From the NCBI GenBank assembly GCA_029259775.1, contig JAJDEN010000056.1, positions 8,917 through 72,916 of the forward strand: a stretch of DNA of 64,000 nt, in the 5' to 3' direction. Numbering within the stretch: position 1 is the stretch's first letter; each line of letters opens with the position of its first letter. Both the position numbers and the translations under genes were made by a program. The DNA comes from Planctomycetota bacterium. Lineage in GTDB: Bacteria; Planctomycetota; PLA2; JAEUHO01. Below the pieces are notes generated by a model. That model searched no databases. It had not been told where the DNA came from and saw only the letters and a list, made by a program, of their open reading frames with translations. Positions 40,101-49,036 of this stretch are shown piece by piece.

Positions 40101-41292
40101 CGCTGTAGTTGCGCGCGGGCGGCATCGGCAGCAACTCACCGTGCAGGTTGACGATGAGCGCATTGTGGTAGCGGTCCGGATCGAGCACCATCCGGTCCAG
40201 CAGCAGGCGCCACGTCGGCGTATCGTCCGTCGCCAGGCCCGCCGCAACGCGCGCCTCGTGACGCGCGACGGCCTCCGGATACCGCATGCAGTGGTTGTTC
40301 ATGTCCGCTAGCGCGTAGGGCATCTCGTTGCCGGCGTCCCAACTCCCGTCGCCGTCGCCGTCGTCGAAGGGCTCGCCCGGGTCACGCACGCCATTGCTAT
40401 TCGTGTCGGTGAAGGTCTCTTGCGCGGCCCACCCGCCGGCGAACGCGGGCGTCGTCACGCCGTCGAGGTTCATGCGGGCGCGCATGCGCTCGGGTACGTA
40501 GTAGCGCTCCGAGGCCATCCCGTCCGGCATGCGACCCGGGTAGCAGTAGGCCCACGGCGTGTCTTCGCGGCTGTCGCGTGCCTCGTTGGTGTAGGGCGCG
40601 TACTCCTCGTCGCGCCCGTAGCCCAGGGTCGTGACCCAGTGGGTCCGGAAGCGCAGGCCGGGGTTGCGTCCCTCGAGATCGGTCAGCGTCGCCTCGATGA
40701 ACGGCTGGATCGCGTCCATGAAGACCCACCAGCCCGGCACGTTCTCGCACGCGACCAGGTAGACGTCGTAGACCTGCGTGGTCGGGAACGCATCCCCAAT
40801 CGTTCGGATGACCGAGCTCATCTGGGCCATCTGCTCTCCGGGCAGCGTGTCGGCCGGCCGCATGCGGAAGACCTTGACGGTCGTGATGCGCAGATCGCGC
40901 TGTGCCGCGCCGGGGAACGGCCGCACGGAAATCTGGCGGTACCAACGCCACTCGCCCTTGTCGCGTGTGTTGCCCGAGATCACGTTGCCGGGCGGCAGGT
41001 AGGCGCCAGGGTCGGAGGGATCGGGCTGGATCGTGAGCGACGGCTCGTAGCCCAGCCCGTCATCGAACCCATCGAGGTCGGCTGCGACCTCGCTTTCGCC
41101 GCCTTCGACGAATGCGCGCAGCTCCGCGAGGATCGAGAGCGCACGCTGGCGCGCGAACACCTTGTCACGTACCCAATCCGTGTGCTGGGTACCGCGCGTG
41201 ATGTAGGCGACACCCGCCATCGCGGCGACGGCGAGGAGCACCACGGCGATCAGGACCTCGAGCAGGCCGAAGCCGCGCATGCGGTGCATCAT
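37171..41292 (-). CDS. Giant prepilin-type (PilV/GspI-like N-terminus) protein, 1373 aa, with Ca-binding-like DxNGNG repeats
   Basis: RG|FGLLEVLIAVVLLAVAAMAG, followed by many E(P/T)FxDxNGNGxxD repeats. Confidence 0.82.
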   Translation of the reverse strand: MMHRMRGFGLLEVLIAVVLLAVAAMAGVAYITRGTQHTDWVRDKVFARQRALSILAELRAFVEGGESEVAADLDGFDDGLGYEPSLTIQPDPSDPGAYLPPGNVISGNTRDKGEWRWYRQISVRPFPGAAQRDLRITTVKVFRMRPADTLPGEQMAQMSSVIRTIGDAFPTTQVYDVYLVACENVPGWWVFMDAIQPFIEATLTDLEGRNPGLRFRTHWVTTLGYGRDEEYAPYTNEARDSREDTPWAYCYPGRMPDGMASERYYVPERMRARMNLDGVTTPAFAGGWAAQETFTDTNSNGVRDPGEPFDDGDGDGSWDAGNEMPYALADMNNHCMRYPEAVARHEARVAAGLATDDTPTWRLLLDRMVLDPDRYHNALIVNLHGELLPMPPARNYSDAAALPEAKPGWRVVTHPERIAPTRVAGNDAASIAPRFRVHAYKTAFAGTSGAEVLMTQEEPFLDVNGSGSYDAGEAYQDWNGNGVRDAGLPATLVLPGADHSGAPNAASNPSIVIERLPGGIDTDGSGAGDAYQALHAAPRYPEIFGDGNGDGIRQLAETYFDLDGNGAKDAHDPYQERDGDGAYGTTTEALTDLDGDATFDPARPAEPFNDGNANGSWDPAEPYWDRNGNGVRDGPTTATPPAWQPWNPLDFGSTAAEDAYVANFGEPFLDMDGDSTWDPAETFFDADQDGVRDGGFERGEMWYGIRFEAATNRTVLELHGTPLEAPELSGRGLPSAYRLYDLDHVPCPTPGTAGDTNRFTRDLAWNGSAPKNTARWRITLPTPALRSALASAPGANDGDGVDRVIAVETRLGHDLAAGTLWPARNEPRNLSRTFTWFYGDPEKVPFSERHQMNGDPRHCPYADLDATGTTAAHGYNWYWDNFSDGSGNFQNQWLAFDAGRLRDHWRGRADHDVGRIFQWLRQAITKSEALWNAQTGFSFYYLSLGGDVGYDSANGYSNSIPMDGKPFGLAGDVYENTITGGGGTSTLRGSRKLARTNTGTSAGIRSGGYWWSKPWMGELCPDATYGTQWKPWGNLRANTGTAAGEFHLVRKDGITGTQQPLGTTMRRSESRTNAEGSTSFFNIGTSAATYHHQYQSGHEGSLVEDGPELSEEYNFPLPTTTMVSRPFQLASNWSGGLGDEFNFTDAYPRYSAQLVRRYYDHDNGSLIGSGLVRLQEPGANPRGGYIVINGIDRTTESGSSFIARYSMLSLVHSYFGGGLPGSPNRITQLPRVEVLSPTLITELEDPSTIDVQWRIEWRRWDGKPYTRSYAAGFAQAESDLVYVPMYSTDNGKTWLSMRDDASIQPGHLPWIEGVGPDPARTVLDLTAGGNETFSWAVPKDRFPEGSYLIRIETFRVDESLHYAQHMEKIYVNR

Positions 41293-42581
41293 TCCCCACC
41301 TCCCGTCACGATCGCATCGACACGATTGGCGAGGGGAAAGACCGCCTTGCTGCGCCGGTACGTGCCCATGCGGGTGAGCAGGTCATCGACGATGCCGCCG
41401 TCGTACTCGATCTCGGCGAAGTCGCCGCCGGCGCCGCGCACGTCGATGTAGCTCTGTCCGATGAAGATGCCGCGCAGGTAGCAGGGGCCGTTGATCTCGA
41501 GACGGCCGCTGCACCACAGCATGCCGTTGAAGAAGGAGTTCGAGCCGCTGGCGATCGTGCAGGTGCCCTTGACGATGACGATGCCCGTGCCGCGGAGCGG
41601 GCGATCCTTGTCGAAGACGACGTTGCCCTCGATCACCGTGAGCGTGTACTCCCCGAGATTGCCGGGCAGCACGCTGGCATCGGTGACGGCGGCGTCGGCC
41701 ATGCCCTTGAGGTCAGACAGGGTCACGCCGAAGACGCCCTTGAGCCCGCTGCGCCAGCCCGGCACGGATGTGGTCGCGGGCGCGCCGTCGACCTCGCTCT
41801 CCGCTTGGAGCGTCGGTGTGCCGTTGCTCGGATGGTGGGCGATGCCGACCGCGCTGCCGCCACGAATGCGGGCTCGAGCGCCGATGGTCACCCGGGAGCC
41901 ACGTTTCGCGCAGATGGCCGCGGCAGCCGGCGTGGTGAGAGCGAGCCGGCGAAGCTCGGTGGCGACGGCGTTGGACGCGATACGCCAGTTGGCGCCCTCG
42001 CCCAGGGGCAGATCCGCGCGCGGCCGGCGGTAGAGGAAGCCATGGCTCTCGACCAGCCACACGGCGCCGCCGGCGGTCTGACCGCGGTGGCTCGACACAT
42101 CCTGGACGCCGGCGGCCGGGTCCCAGGCTCCGTTGTCGTTGCTGTCAGTGAACGGTTCCGAGCCGTCGTGGAAGCCGTTGCCGTTCACATCGGTGAAGGG
42201 TTCGGCCGGCGTGGCGATGCGCACCTCGTAGCGTGCCCACACGCCGGGCGTGACCTCGTACTCACGCACGAGACCGACATCGGGGTCCATGGTCTCGTTG
42301 ATGGGCGGGTTCGCCGCGAGGTCCAGCCGGGGCGCGAACGTCGTCACGGGCTGCACGTTCTGGCGGCGGAACCACGAGAGCGCTTCGGCGACGCCGGCGA
42401 GTGCGATCTCGCGCGCTCGGACCGGTGCGGTCGCACCGCTCTCAGAGCCCTTGTCGAGCGCGAGGCTCGATTGGGTGCCCGACGCGATCATCGCGCCCAG
42501 CAGGAGCACACTGACGACGGCCACGAGCATCGCGAATCCGCGCTCTTGAGCGCGCGGTCGTACGGTGGAACGGGGGAGCAT
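41289..42581 (-). CDS. Prepilin-type (PilX/GspK-like) protein lacking E5
   Basis: ERG|FAMLVAVVSVLLL, AREIALAGVAEA (PilX-N-like), two EPFTDxNxNG repeats, beta-helix-like C-terminus (GTGIVIVKG, FNGMLW). Confidence 0.8.
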   Translation of the reverse strand: MLPRSTVRPRAQERGFAMLVAVVSVLLLGAMIASGTQSSLALDKGSESGATAPVRAREIALAGVAEALSWFRRQNVQPVTTFAPRLDLAANPPINETMDPDVGLVREYEVTPGVWARYEVRIATPAEPFTDVNGNGFHDGSEPFTDSNDNGAWDPAAGVQDVSSHRGQTAGGAVWLVESHGFLYRRPRADLPLGEGANWRIASNAVATELRRLALTTPAAAAICAKRGSRVTIGARARIRGGSAVGIAHHPSNGTPTLQAESEVDGAPATTSVPGWRSGLKGVFGVTLSDLKGMADAAVTDASVLPGNLGEYTLTVIEGNVVFDKDRPLRGTGIVIVKGTCTIASGSNSFFNGMLWCSGRLEINGPCYLRGIFIGQSYIDVRGAGGDFAEIEYDGGIVDDLLTRMGTYRRSKAVFPLANRVDAIVTGGGE

Positions 42582-42723
42582 GTGAGGTTCCGGGGCCTAC
42601 CCGTCACCACGTCCGACATCATCTCAGCGGCTGCGTACTGGGGAACACGGAGCCGCGCGTCTTATCGTCGTCAGGCCGCGATCGAGTGAGGTCAATCCCG
42701 CAGCGTGAACTTCTTGCAGGTAC

Positions 42724-43077
42724 TCAGTTGCCAGCCGTGCGCTTGGCCTCGGCGCGCGCCTTGCGGCGCGCTTCCTTGTCAGCGCGGATCTTGAGGAGGA
42801 GGCGGTCGATCAGCGCATCGGCTTCACGCTGACGTGCGACGTGATGCGCCGACGTCATGGGGATCGCGCGGTCCGGCTGGGCCGCGGCGGGCTGCGTTGC
42901 CGGCCGCACCATCCCCGGCTGGAAGAGGGTGTCGTCGGGGATGGGTCCATCGAGGGGCAGGCTGCCGTCCGAAGCGTCCGCGGCGGCGCCGGCTGCATCG
43001 CCGGAGGTGACGTTGAGGGCGGCGAGCACGACGCCGGTGAGGAAGAGGACGCAAACGATGATCCACACGCGCGCCAT
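42724..43077 (-). CDS. Small membrane-anchored hypothetical protein
   Basis: MARVWIIVCVLFLTGVVLAAL hydrophobic N-terminus; lies upstream of and co-oriented with the prepilin cluster. Confidence 0.5.
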   Translation of the reverse strand: MARVWIIVCVLFLTGVVLAALNVTSGDAAGAAADASDGSLPLDGPIPDDTLFQPGMVRPATQPAAAQPDRAIPMTSAHHVARQREADALIDRLLLKIRADKEARRKARAEAKRTAGN

Positions 43078-43410
43078 CCCGCGACGGCCGGCGTGAGGCG
43101 AGTGCGGTGTTGCGCGGGCACAGCGATCGGGGCGCCGGACTTTCCCAAGCCCGGCAGGGGCGGTCGGAGACACGGGGTCGTCCTTTCCCCACCACGTGTG
43201 CCCTTTCGTCGGGCCCGGGCGCGGGCTGAAGCAGATAGCCCCCCGATGTTCACGGGTGAGACAGGAAGGACTTTGGACCCTGTCTCAGTCCGCCCCGTGC
43301 CCAAAGGCTCGGGAGGGCCGCCGCGGGATCCCAAACGGAGGGAAACCCGCTGCTAGCCTTCGCACGTCATAGGAGGCAGACCCTCACTCGCCTCCCCTAG
43401 GAGAACTCAC

Positions 43411-44691
43411 GTGCACCGACCGATGTTGCGGGCCCTCAAGCTGGGCGCGATCGTCGCCGGCTTGATGCTGGCCACCCCTGCCGCCCCCGTCCTCGCCGAA
43501 GACGGCCCTGGACCCGCCGAAGACGGCCCTGGACCCGCCGCGACCGGCATCGCCTGGGTCAAGGGCTGGGAAGCCGGCCGCGCCCAGGCGAAGAAGGACG
43601 GCAAGCTGATGTTCGTCTACTTCGGCCGCTACTCACCGAAGTGACCCCCCTGCGAGATGCTGGAGAACCGTGTGTTCTCCCAGGACGGCTCGGCCGCCCT
43701 CAGCGACAAGTTCACCGCCGTGAAGCTGCTCGGCGGCAACGACCTCGACGACGAAGGCAAGGCCTTCATGAAGCGCTACGGCGTTGGCGGTTACCCGACA
43801 CTGCTCGCGATGACGCCCGATGGCGCCGTCGTCAGCCGGAGCTTCGGTGACCGCACGCTCGAGGGCATCGTCGGCTCGATGGTCGCTGCCGTTACGGCGG
43901 ACGGCGAGTTCAGGGCCAAGGAGGCCGACTTGGCCAGCAAGACGGACGCGGCCAGCGTTCGTGAGATGGCCGGCCTCTACAAGGCTCGCTCGCAGCTGGA
44001 CAAGGCGCGCACGCGCTACGAGAAGCTCACGGCCGAGAAGCCGTCCGTCGAGGACCAGGAGAACCTCCTCGAGGTCGTCTCCAGCCTCGGCGACAGCGCC
44101 GCCCGGAAGGGCCTGCTGGCAACGCTCGTCGGCACGCGCAGCGACCACGCCAAGCACATCGAGTGGCGCACCGAGCTCGCCATGGTCGACGTGCCCACGC
44201 AGGTCACGAGCCGCGCGGAGTGGAACGACGTGATGGGCAAGCGCAAGGCGGCCCTCACCGCCCTGCTTCCGGAGGTCGAGAAGGTCGCCGACCAGGCGCA
44301 CGTCCGCGGGATCCTCGCAGACATCGCGGCCAACACAGGCGATCGTGACGCGGCCGGCGCGCACTGGGACTGGATCCTCGAGAAGGCCCCGGACAGCAAG
44401 GCCGCCGCCGGCGCCTTGTGGATGAAGAGCAACGACCTCATCCGCCAGGGCCGCTTCGAGAGCGACGCCACGAAGCTGAAGGACGCCAAGGCCCTCTGGG
44501 GGCAGTTGGTCAAGGACCACGCGACCAGCCCCGGTGGCCAGCGCGCCAAGCAGTTCATGGGCCAGCTCGACGGCATGATCGCGGCCCTCGAGCTCAAGCA
44601 GGCCGAAGCCGCAGAGAAGAAGCTCAAGCAGGCCGAAGCCGAAGAGAAGAAGAAGGGCGAGCCCCTGAAGCCGCGCGACGACGGCAACTAG
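43411..44691 (+). CDS. Exported thioredoxin-like (UxxC) + TPR-like selenoprotein; in-frame TGA 43642-43644 (426 aa, U78)
   Basis: ORFs 43411-43644 and 43657-44691 share a frame and read IAWVKGWEAGRAQAKKDGKLMFVYFGRYSPK-TGA-PPCEMLENRVF. Thioredoxin fold continues (KFTAVKL, YGVGGYPTLL cis-Pro, PDG). AGGAG RBS before the GTG start. Confidence 0.9.
43495..43536 (+). repeat. 21-nt perfect tandem duplication (AEDGPGP x2) after the signal peptide
   Basis: gccgaagacggccctggaccc twice. Confidence 0.9.
43660..43683 (+). promoter_or_regulatory. Putative bacterial SECIS hairpin of the thioredoxin-like gene
   Basis: CTGGAGAAC-CGTGT-GTTCTCC(C)AG; loop begins 24 nt after the TGA with G at the second loop position. 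Confidence 0.7.
44591..44652 (+). repeat. 30-nt near-perfect tandem duplication (LKQAEAxEKK x2) at the C-terminus
   Basis: agctcaagcaggccgaagccg(c/a)agagaaga at 44591 and 44621. Confidence 0.85.
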
Positions 44692-44733
44692 ACCCTGTCC
44701 AAGAAGCTTCCAGCAGGCCAGTTCCGACAGGCC

Positions 44734-44768
44734 AACACCCCCGGCGCTTCGCGCGCCGGGGGTGTTTT
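44734..44768 (+). terminator. Rho-independent terminator
   Basis: AACACCCCCGGCGC-ttcgc-GCGCCGGGGGTGTT followed by TT, shortly after the stop. Confidence 0.8.
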
Positions 44769-45147
44769 CGTGCGTGGTCCATGCCTGCTCGTTTTCCTTC
44801 GGCAACAACGGGGCGAACGCACCACAGCGGAATGAATTGCATCGGGCTTGGGATCACCGTCCCGGGACGCACGACCTGCTTCGCAGCGCCCAATTCGACC
44901 GACGCGAACAGGGCCTTTCGGAGCGTGGTTTTGGCCCTTGAACAAGCCTTGGCGCCCCCCCTTCCCGCGCTAATCTCCGGCTGGGCCTAGCTACAAAAAC
45001 AGGGCGCTCCGCGCGGAAACCGCGGGGCGTCTTCTGTACACATCTGGACGGAGCCGACCGATGTCGATCTCACGCACGACGACGACCCGCAGAAGAAGCC
45101 GCAAAGGCTTCTCGACAACCAGCCGAGGGAACCGCCGAGACGCATGC

Positions 45148-47988
45148 ATGCGGTTCAGCGTCACCTTCCTCCTCGCCCTCGCCTTGGGCGTGGGTCTCGC
45201 CGCCTGTGGCGGCGGCGGTGGTGGCGGCGGTGTGGGGCAGGGCCTCGTGCTGCTGAGCTTCTCGCAGGATTCGGTCGACAACGCGCCGCTCAACTCCACG
45301 CTCGAGTTCGAGTTCTCCGAAGCGGTCGATCCGAGCACGATCACGAGCGCGGCCATCCAGATCCGCGAAGGCCCCTCCTTCGGCGCCTCCATCCCTGGCC
45401 TGTTCCGGATCCTCGGCGCACGCGTGATCTGGGAGCCGCAGCTTCCCGGTCTCTGCGACAACTCGGATGCCGCGCTGAAGCCCAACACGCGCTACCGCGT
45501 CTCGGTCATCGGCTTCCCGGAGGAGTTCTCGCTCCGCAATACCGTCGGCGAGCCGCTCAGCAACACCCAGACCTACGAGTTCAACACACGTCTGGACTCG
45601 GACCCCGACAAGTTCATCGATCAGCAGCCCGGGAGCGCGCCCTTCGTAGCCTCCGCGTCGCCGGCCAACGGTGACGAGGCCGTCGCCGTCACGGCGGGCA
45701 ACCAGGTCGTGCTCACGATGAGCGAAAACCTCGACCCCTGCACCGTCAACGACGCCAACGTGCTCTTCCACATCTACCAACTCGGTGATCCGAACACGTC
45801 CGTCGCAGCCAATGGTGGATTGGGCCTCCCCTCCGGCTTCGCGACCGATGCCACACAGGACACCGGCGACCAGGCACCCGGCGATCCCTTCACGTGGACG
45901 ACCGCGGGGCAGCAGGCGTTGGTCAACACGCTGCCGACGCCCCAGAAGATCCTCGCGCAGATCCAGCTCGAGCAGAACTTCGCGAGCACGAAGATCACGA
46001 TCACGCCGGAATTCGGCTTCAACGCCGACCCGCTCAAGAACGCGCCGCTCTTCCCCGAGAACGCCCTCATCGTGGTCCAGGTCTCGTTCAACGTCTCGGA
46101 CTTCGGCGGCAACCCGTTGACGCCGTTCACGATGGCGTTCACGACCGAGAACCGTCCGGCAACGAACAGCACGTACCTGCTGGACAACGAGGGTGAGACG
46201 CCCTACCGCGGCGACGTCACGACCGCGGAGGTGCACGAACCTCGCGCGCCCAGCAAGGTGCAGGGCTTCCTGCTCTTCGCCGGCGACAGCGACAACGGCC
46301 CCGACCCGTTGACGCCCACACTGCCCGAAGACAACTTCGGCACGTGCACCACGCCGCGGCAGGTCAATGACGGCATCCCGGACGACTTCGACCCGGTCGT
46401 GGACGTGGTCCTCGACACGGGCGCGACGCGCAACCTGTGCCCCAACACCACCGACGGTTCGCTGGCGGTCATCTGGGAGTTCCGCACCTTCCGCATCCGC
46501 AACGGCATCACGGTGCGCGTGGTCGGCAACAACCCGGCGATCATCCTCGTCCAGGGTGACGCCATCATCGAGCAGGGCGGCCTGCTGCTGCTCCGCAGCG
46601 ACGGCACCGCGGGCACCCCCACAGGCAACGGCGCCAAGGGCCACGACGACACCACGTCAGGCAACCCGCCCGACGCGGCCGGTGGCCGCGGTGTAGCGGG
46701 CGGCGGCAACGGAGGCGAAGGCACCGCCGCGCCCATCAACAGCGGGCTGAAGAAGGGCCAGGACGGCTTCGACGGCTACGGCACGGGCACGACGGACGGT
46801 CACGGCGACGCGGCGATCCCCGGCGGCCCCGGCGCCGGCGAGGGTGGCTCGGGCGTCGACGCGACCAACTCCAGCAACCCCTGGCCGAGCGGCTCCTCGG
46901 GCGCGGGTGGTGGCGGCGGCCACGCCGCCGCAGGTACGGACGGCCCCCAGGCCATCGGTGCCGGCACCGTCCTCCTGGTCGCTGGGGTCGGCAAGGGTGG
47001 CGAGATCACGCCGAACCGCCGTGACGCCGAGACGATGCCGACCCCGTCCGCCGGTGGCGGCGGTGGTGGCGCGGGCTACAGCGTCGAGCCCCCCGGCACG
47101 TTCAAGACGGGCGGTGGCGGTGCGGGTGCCGGTGGCGGCTTCGTCGATATCACCTCGTCGGGCGACATCACCATCAACGGCACGATCGACGCCTCGGGCA
47201 GCCGCGGCGGCAACGGCGGCAACGAGTCGTTCCACGGCGGTGGCGGTGGCGGCGGCGGCGCCGGTGGCGGCATCCGTCTCCTCTCGCCAAACTCGATCGT
47301 CCTCGGTGGCGGTGCGGTGGTCACGACGTCCGGCGGCACAGGCGGCAGCGGCAACCGCGGCTCGTCGAGCACGGTCGGTCCGATCAACAACGGCGGCAAC
47401 GGCGGCTTCGGCCGCGTCGTCATGGAAGACAGCGACTCGATCATCACGGGCATCGGCGCCGCGACGGTCACGCCCAGCGAGGGCACGCTCGGCTTCTTCC
47501 GCGGCATCTTCGATGCCAGCCGGTTCAAGGGTGGCGGACTCAACCCCCAGGGCATCACCGAGATCTTCGGTGTGGGTCCACTCAACCCCGACTTCCAGAT
47601 CCCGGTCGCTGCTGACTTCGTCGCCGGCGTGCCGGTCGTCGCCTCGCGCGGTGTCGGTCTGACCAGCATCCTGGTCGAGGTGCAGGGCTTCCAGATGCAG
47701 GCCGACGGCCTGCCGGACATGGGCTCCGCCACCGGCTGGTGGACGGCCTGCCGCTTCGTCGACTCCGGCGTCGAGGGTTCGCCCACGCTCGTCTACACGA
47801 ATCCTCCGAACAACGCGAGCGACCCCGTCGCCGCGCCTTCGGACAACGTGGGGACGGGCATGGATGCGATCGACGGGAGCGAGTTCATCCAGTTGCGCAT
47901 CAGCTTCTGGCTGCCGAACACCGTCGGTCCGTTCGACGCGGGCCCGTTCGTCAACGACTGGACGATCCGCTTCTCGCACAACCAGTAG
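45148..47988 (+). CDS. Large surface lipoprotein with Ig-like (Big_5-type) domains and a glycine-rich region
   Basis: Lipobox GLAAC+GGGG, FEFSEAVDPSTI, LKPNTRYRV, SPANG..LTMSENLD, long GGGGG(A/G)GG tracts. Confidence 0.8.
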   Translation: MRFSVTFLLALALGVGLAACGGGGGGGGVGQGLVLLSFSQDSVDNAPLNSTLEFEFSEAVDPSTITSAAIQIREGPSFGASIPGLFRILGARVIWEPQLPGLCDNSDAALKPNTRYRVSVIGFPEEFSLRNTVGEPLSNTQTYEFNTRLDSDPDKFIDQQPGSAPFVASASPANGDEAVAVTAGNQVVLTMSENLDPCTVNDANVLFHIYQLGDPNTSVAANGGLGLPSGFATDATQDTGDQAPGDPFTWTTAGQQALVNTLPTPQKILAQIQLEQNFASTKITITPEFGFNADPLKNAPLFPENALIVVQVSFNVSDFGGNPLTPFTMAFTTENRPATNSTYLLDNEGETPYRGDVTTAEVHEPRAPSKVQGFLLFAGDSDNGPDPLTPTLPEDNFGTCTTPRQVNDGIPDDFDPVVDVVLDTGATRNLCPNTTDGSLAVIWEFRTFRIRNGITVRVVGNNPAIILVQGDAIIEQGGLLLLRSDGTAGTPTGNGAKGHDDTTSGNPPDAAGGRGVAGGGNGGEGTAAPINSGLKKGQDGFDGYGTGTTDGHGDAAIPGGPGAGEGGSGVDATNSSNPWPSGSSGAGGGGGHAAAGTDGPQAIGAGTVLLVAGVGKGGEITPNRRDAETMPTPSAGGGGGGAGYSVEPPGTFKTGGGGAGAGGGFVDITSSGDITINGTIDASGSRGGNGGNESFHGGGGGGGGAGGGIRLLSPNSIVLGGGAVVTTSGGTGGSGNRGSSSTVGPINNGGNGGFGRVVMEDSDSIITGIGAATVTPSEGTLGFFRGIFDASRFKGGGLNPQGITEIFGVGPLNPDFQIPVAADFVAGVPVVASRGVGLTSILVEVQGFQMQADGLPDMGSATGWWTACRFVDSGVEGSPTLVYTNPPNNASDPVAAPSDNVGTGMDAIDGSEFIQLRISFWLPNTVGPFDAGPFVNDWTIRFSHNQ

Positions 47989-48059
47989 CAGCAGCTGCCA
48001 CGACGAGCACGCCCGGGGGCGCGACGACGAGTCGCGCCCCCGGTTCTCGTTTGGGAGCG

Positions 48060-48842
48060 CTACGTTCCGGGTGCATCCGCCACGAGCAGGTGGTCGAACA
48101 GGTCGCTCAGTGGAGGGGCGAAGCACTCGTCGAAGAGGTCGAAGTGCTCGACGGGCGGGCGCGAGGGACGGTCGTCCCCTGGCACGGGTCGCACCGTGAT
48201 CAGCCCCTCGTGCACCCGCAAGCAAGCCTCCTTGGCGTCGATCTCCGCCGCGCTCAGCTCCAGCGAGACATCGATGTCCTCGTTCGCCGTGGGGAACAGG
48301 AGCCGGGGCTTGGCGGCCTCGCACGTCTCGGGCGGGTAGGCGACGAGAGCAAGACGCGTGAAGCATGTGGAGCCCCACGTCCCTCCACGCGTCCAGCGCA
48401 CGCCCCAGTGCACGGCGATGTGATCCGGATGCCCGTTCACGCCACGCGCATCGTGCGTGATGATGACCTCCGGCTCGAAGTGCTCGAGCACGTCTTGGAT
48501 GGGCGCTGCCAGGTCGCGGAACTCGAGCTTGGCCAGCTGGCCATCCGGGAGATCGGCGACGATCAAGCCATCGAGTCCGAGGATCTCGGCGACCTGCTCC
48601 AAGCGCTGCTCGCGCAAGTCCCCCACCTGAGTAGGCGTGAGGCCCCGCTGAGGGCCCATGGAGGATGCTTCGCCGCGCGTCATGGTCAGTAGGACCGTCG
48701 CGGCATTCTCGTTCGCAGCGTAGCGCGCCAGGGCTCCGGCGCAGCCGTAGGCTTCGTCATCGGGATGGGCGAACACGGCCAGCACCCGCCGCGGCACAGG
48801 TCGCAGGGCGGCCAGGGAAGGTGCGGTGCGGACGACAGCCAT
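48060..48842 (-). CDS. PIG-L family deacetylase (MshB/BshB/LmbE-like)
   Basis: VFAHPDDE, TRGEA, LPDG, GHPDH motifs. Confidence 0.9.
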   Translation of the reverse strand: MAVVRTAPSLAALRPVPRRVLAVFAHPDDEAYGCAGALARYAANENAATVLLTMTRGEASSMGPQRGLTPTQVGDLREQRLEQVAEILGLDGLIVADLPDGQLAKLEFRDLAAPIQDVLEHFEPEVIITHDARGVNGHPDHIAVHWGVRWTRGGTWGSTCFTRLALVAYPPETCEAAKPRLLFPTANEDIDVSLELSAAEIDAKEACLRVHEGLITVRPVPGDDRPSRPPVEHFDLFDECFAPPLSDLFDHLLVADAPGT

Positions 48843-49036
48843 GGCGAGATCAGAACTCGCCGCCAAGGTGGCTTCGACGAATTTCTCTCGCAAGGAGATC
48901 AGGTCCTCCGGCTGCCGCCCGACCGCGGGGCACCTGGCCGGGAGAGCGGCCTGACCAGGCATGGGGTGTTCCCACGCCACCCGCAGACCGGACACCTCGT
49001 TCGGCGCCACGAGACCTAGGTCCGCGGACGTTCGGC

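Noticed and set aside
42724-43077. UGA read-through at the end of this small ORF (and of ORF 7045-7665)
   Set aside because: The downstream frames give no protein-like continuation or redox motif and soon hit another stop.
43080-43410. tRNA or riboswitch in the larger intergenic gaps (also 44700-45140)
   Set aside because: No cloverleaf, T-loop signature or riboswitch consensus recognised by eye; an Infernal/Rfam scan is needed to exclude one.
8155-44691. Genome-wide UGA reassignment to Trp or Gly (code 4/25)
   Set aside because: TGA ends many genes at their expected C-termini (nuoD, nuoC, dut, bcp), TGG is used for Trp, and the read-through TGAs fall only in Cys/redox contexts.
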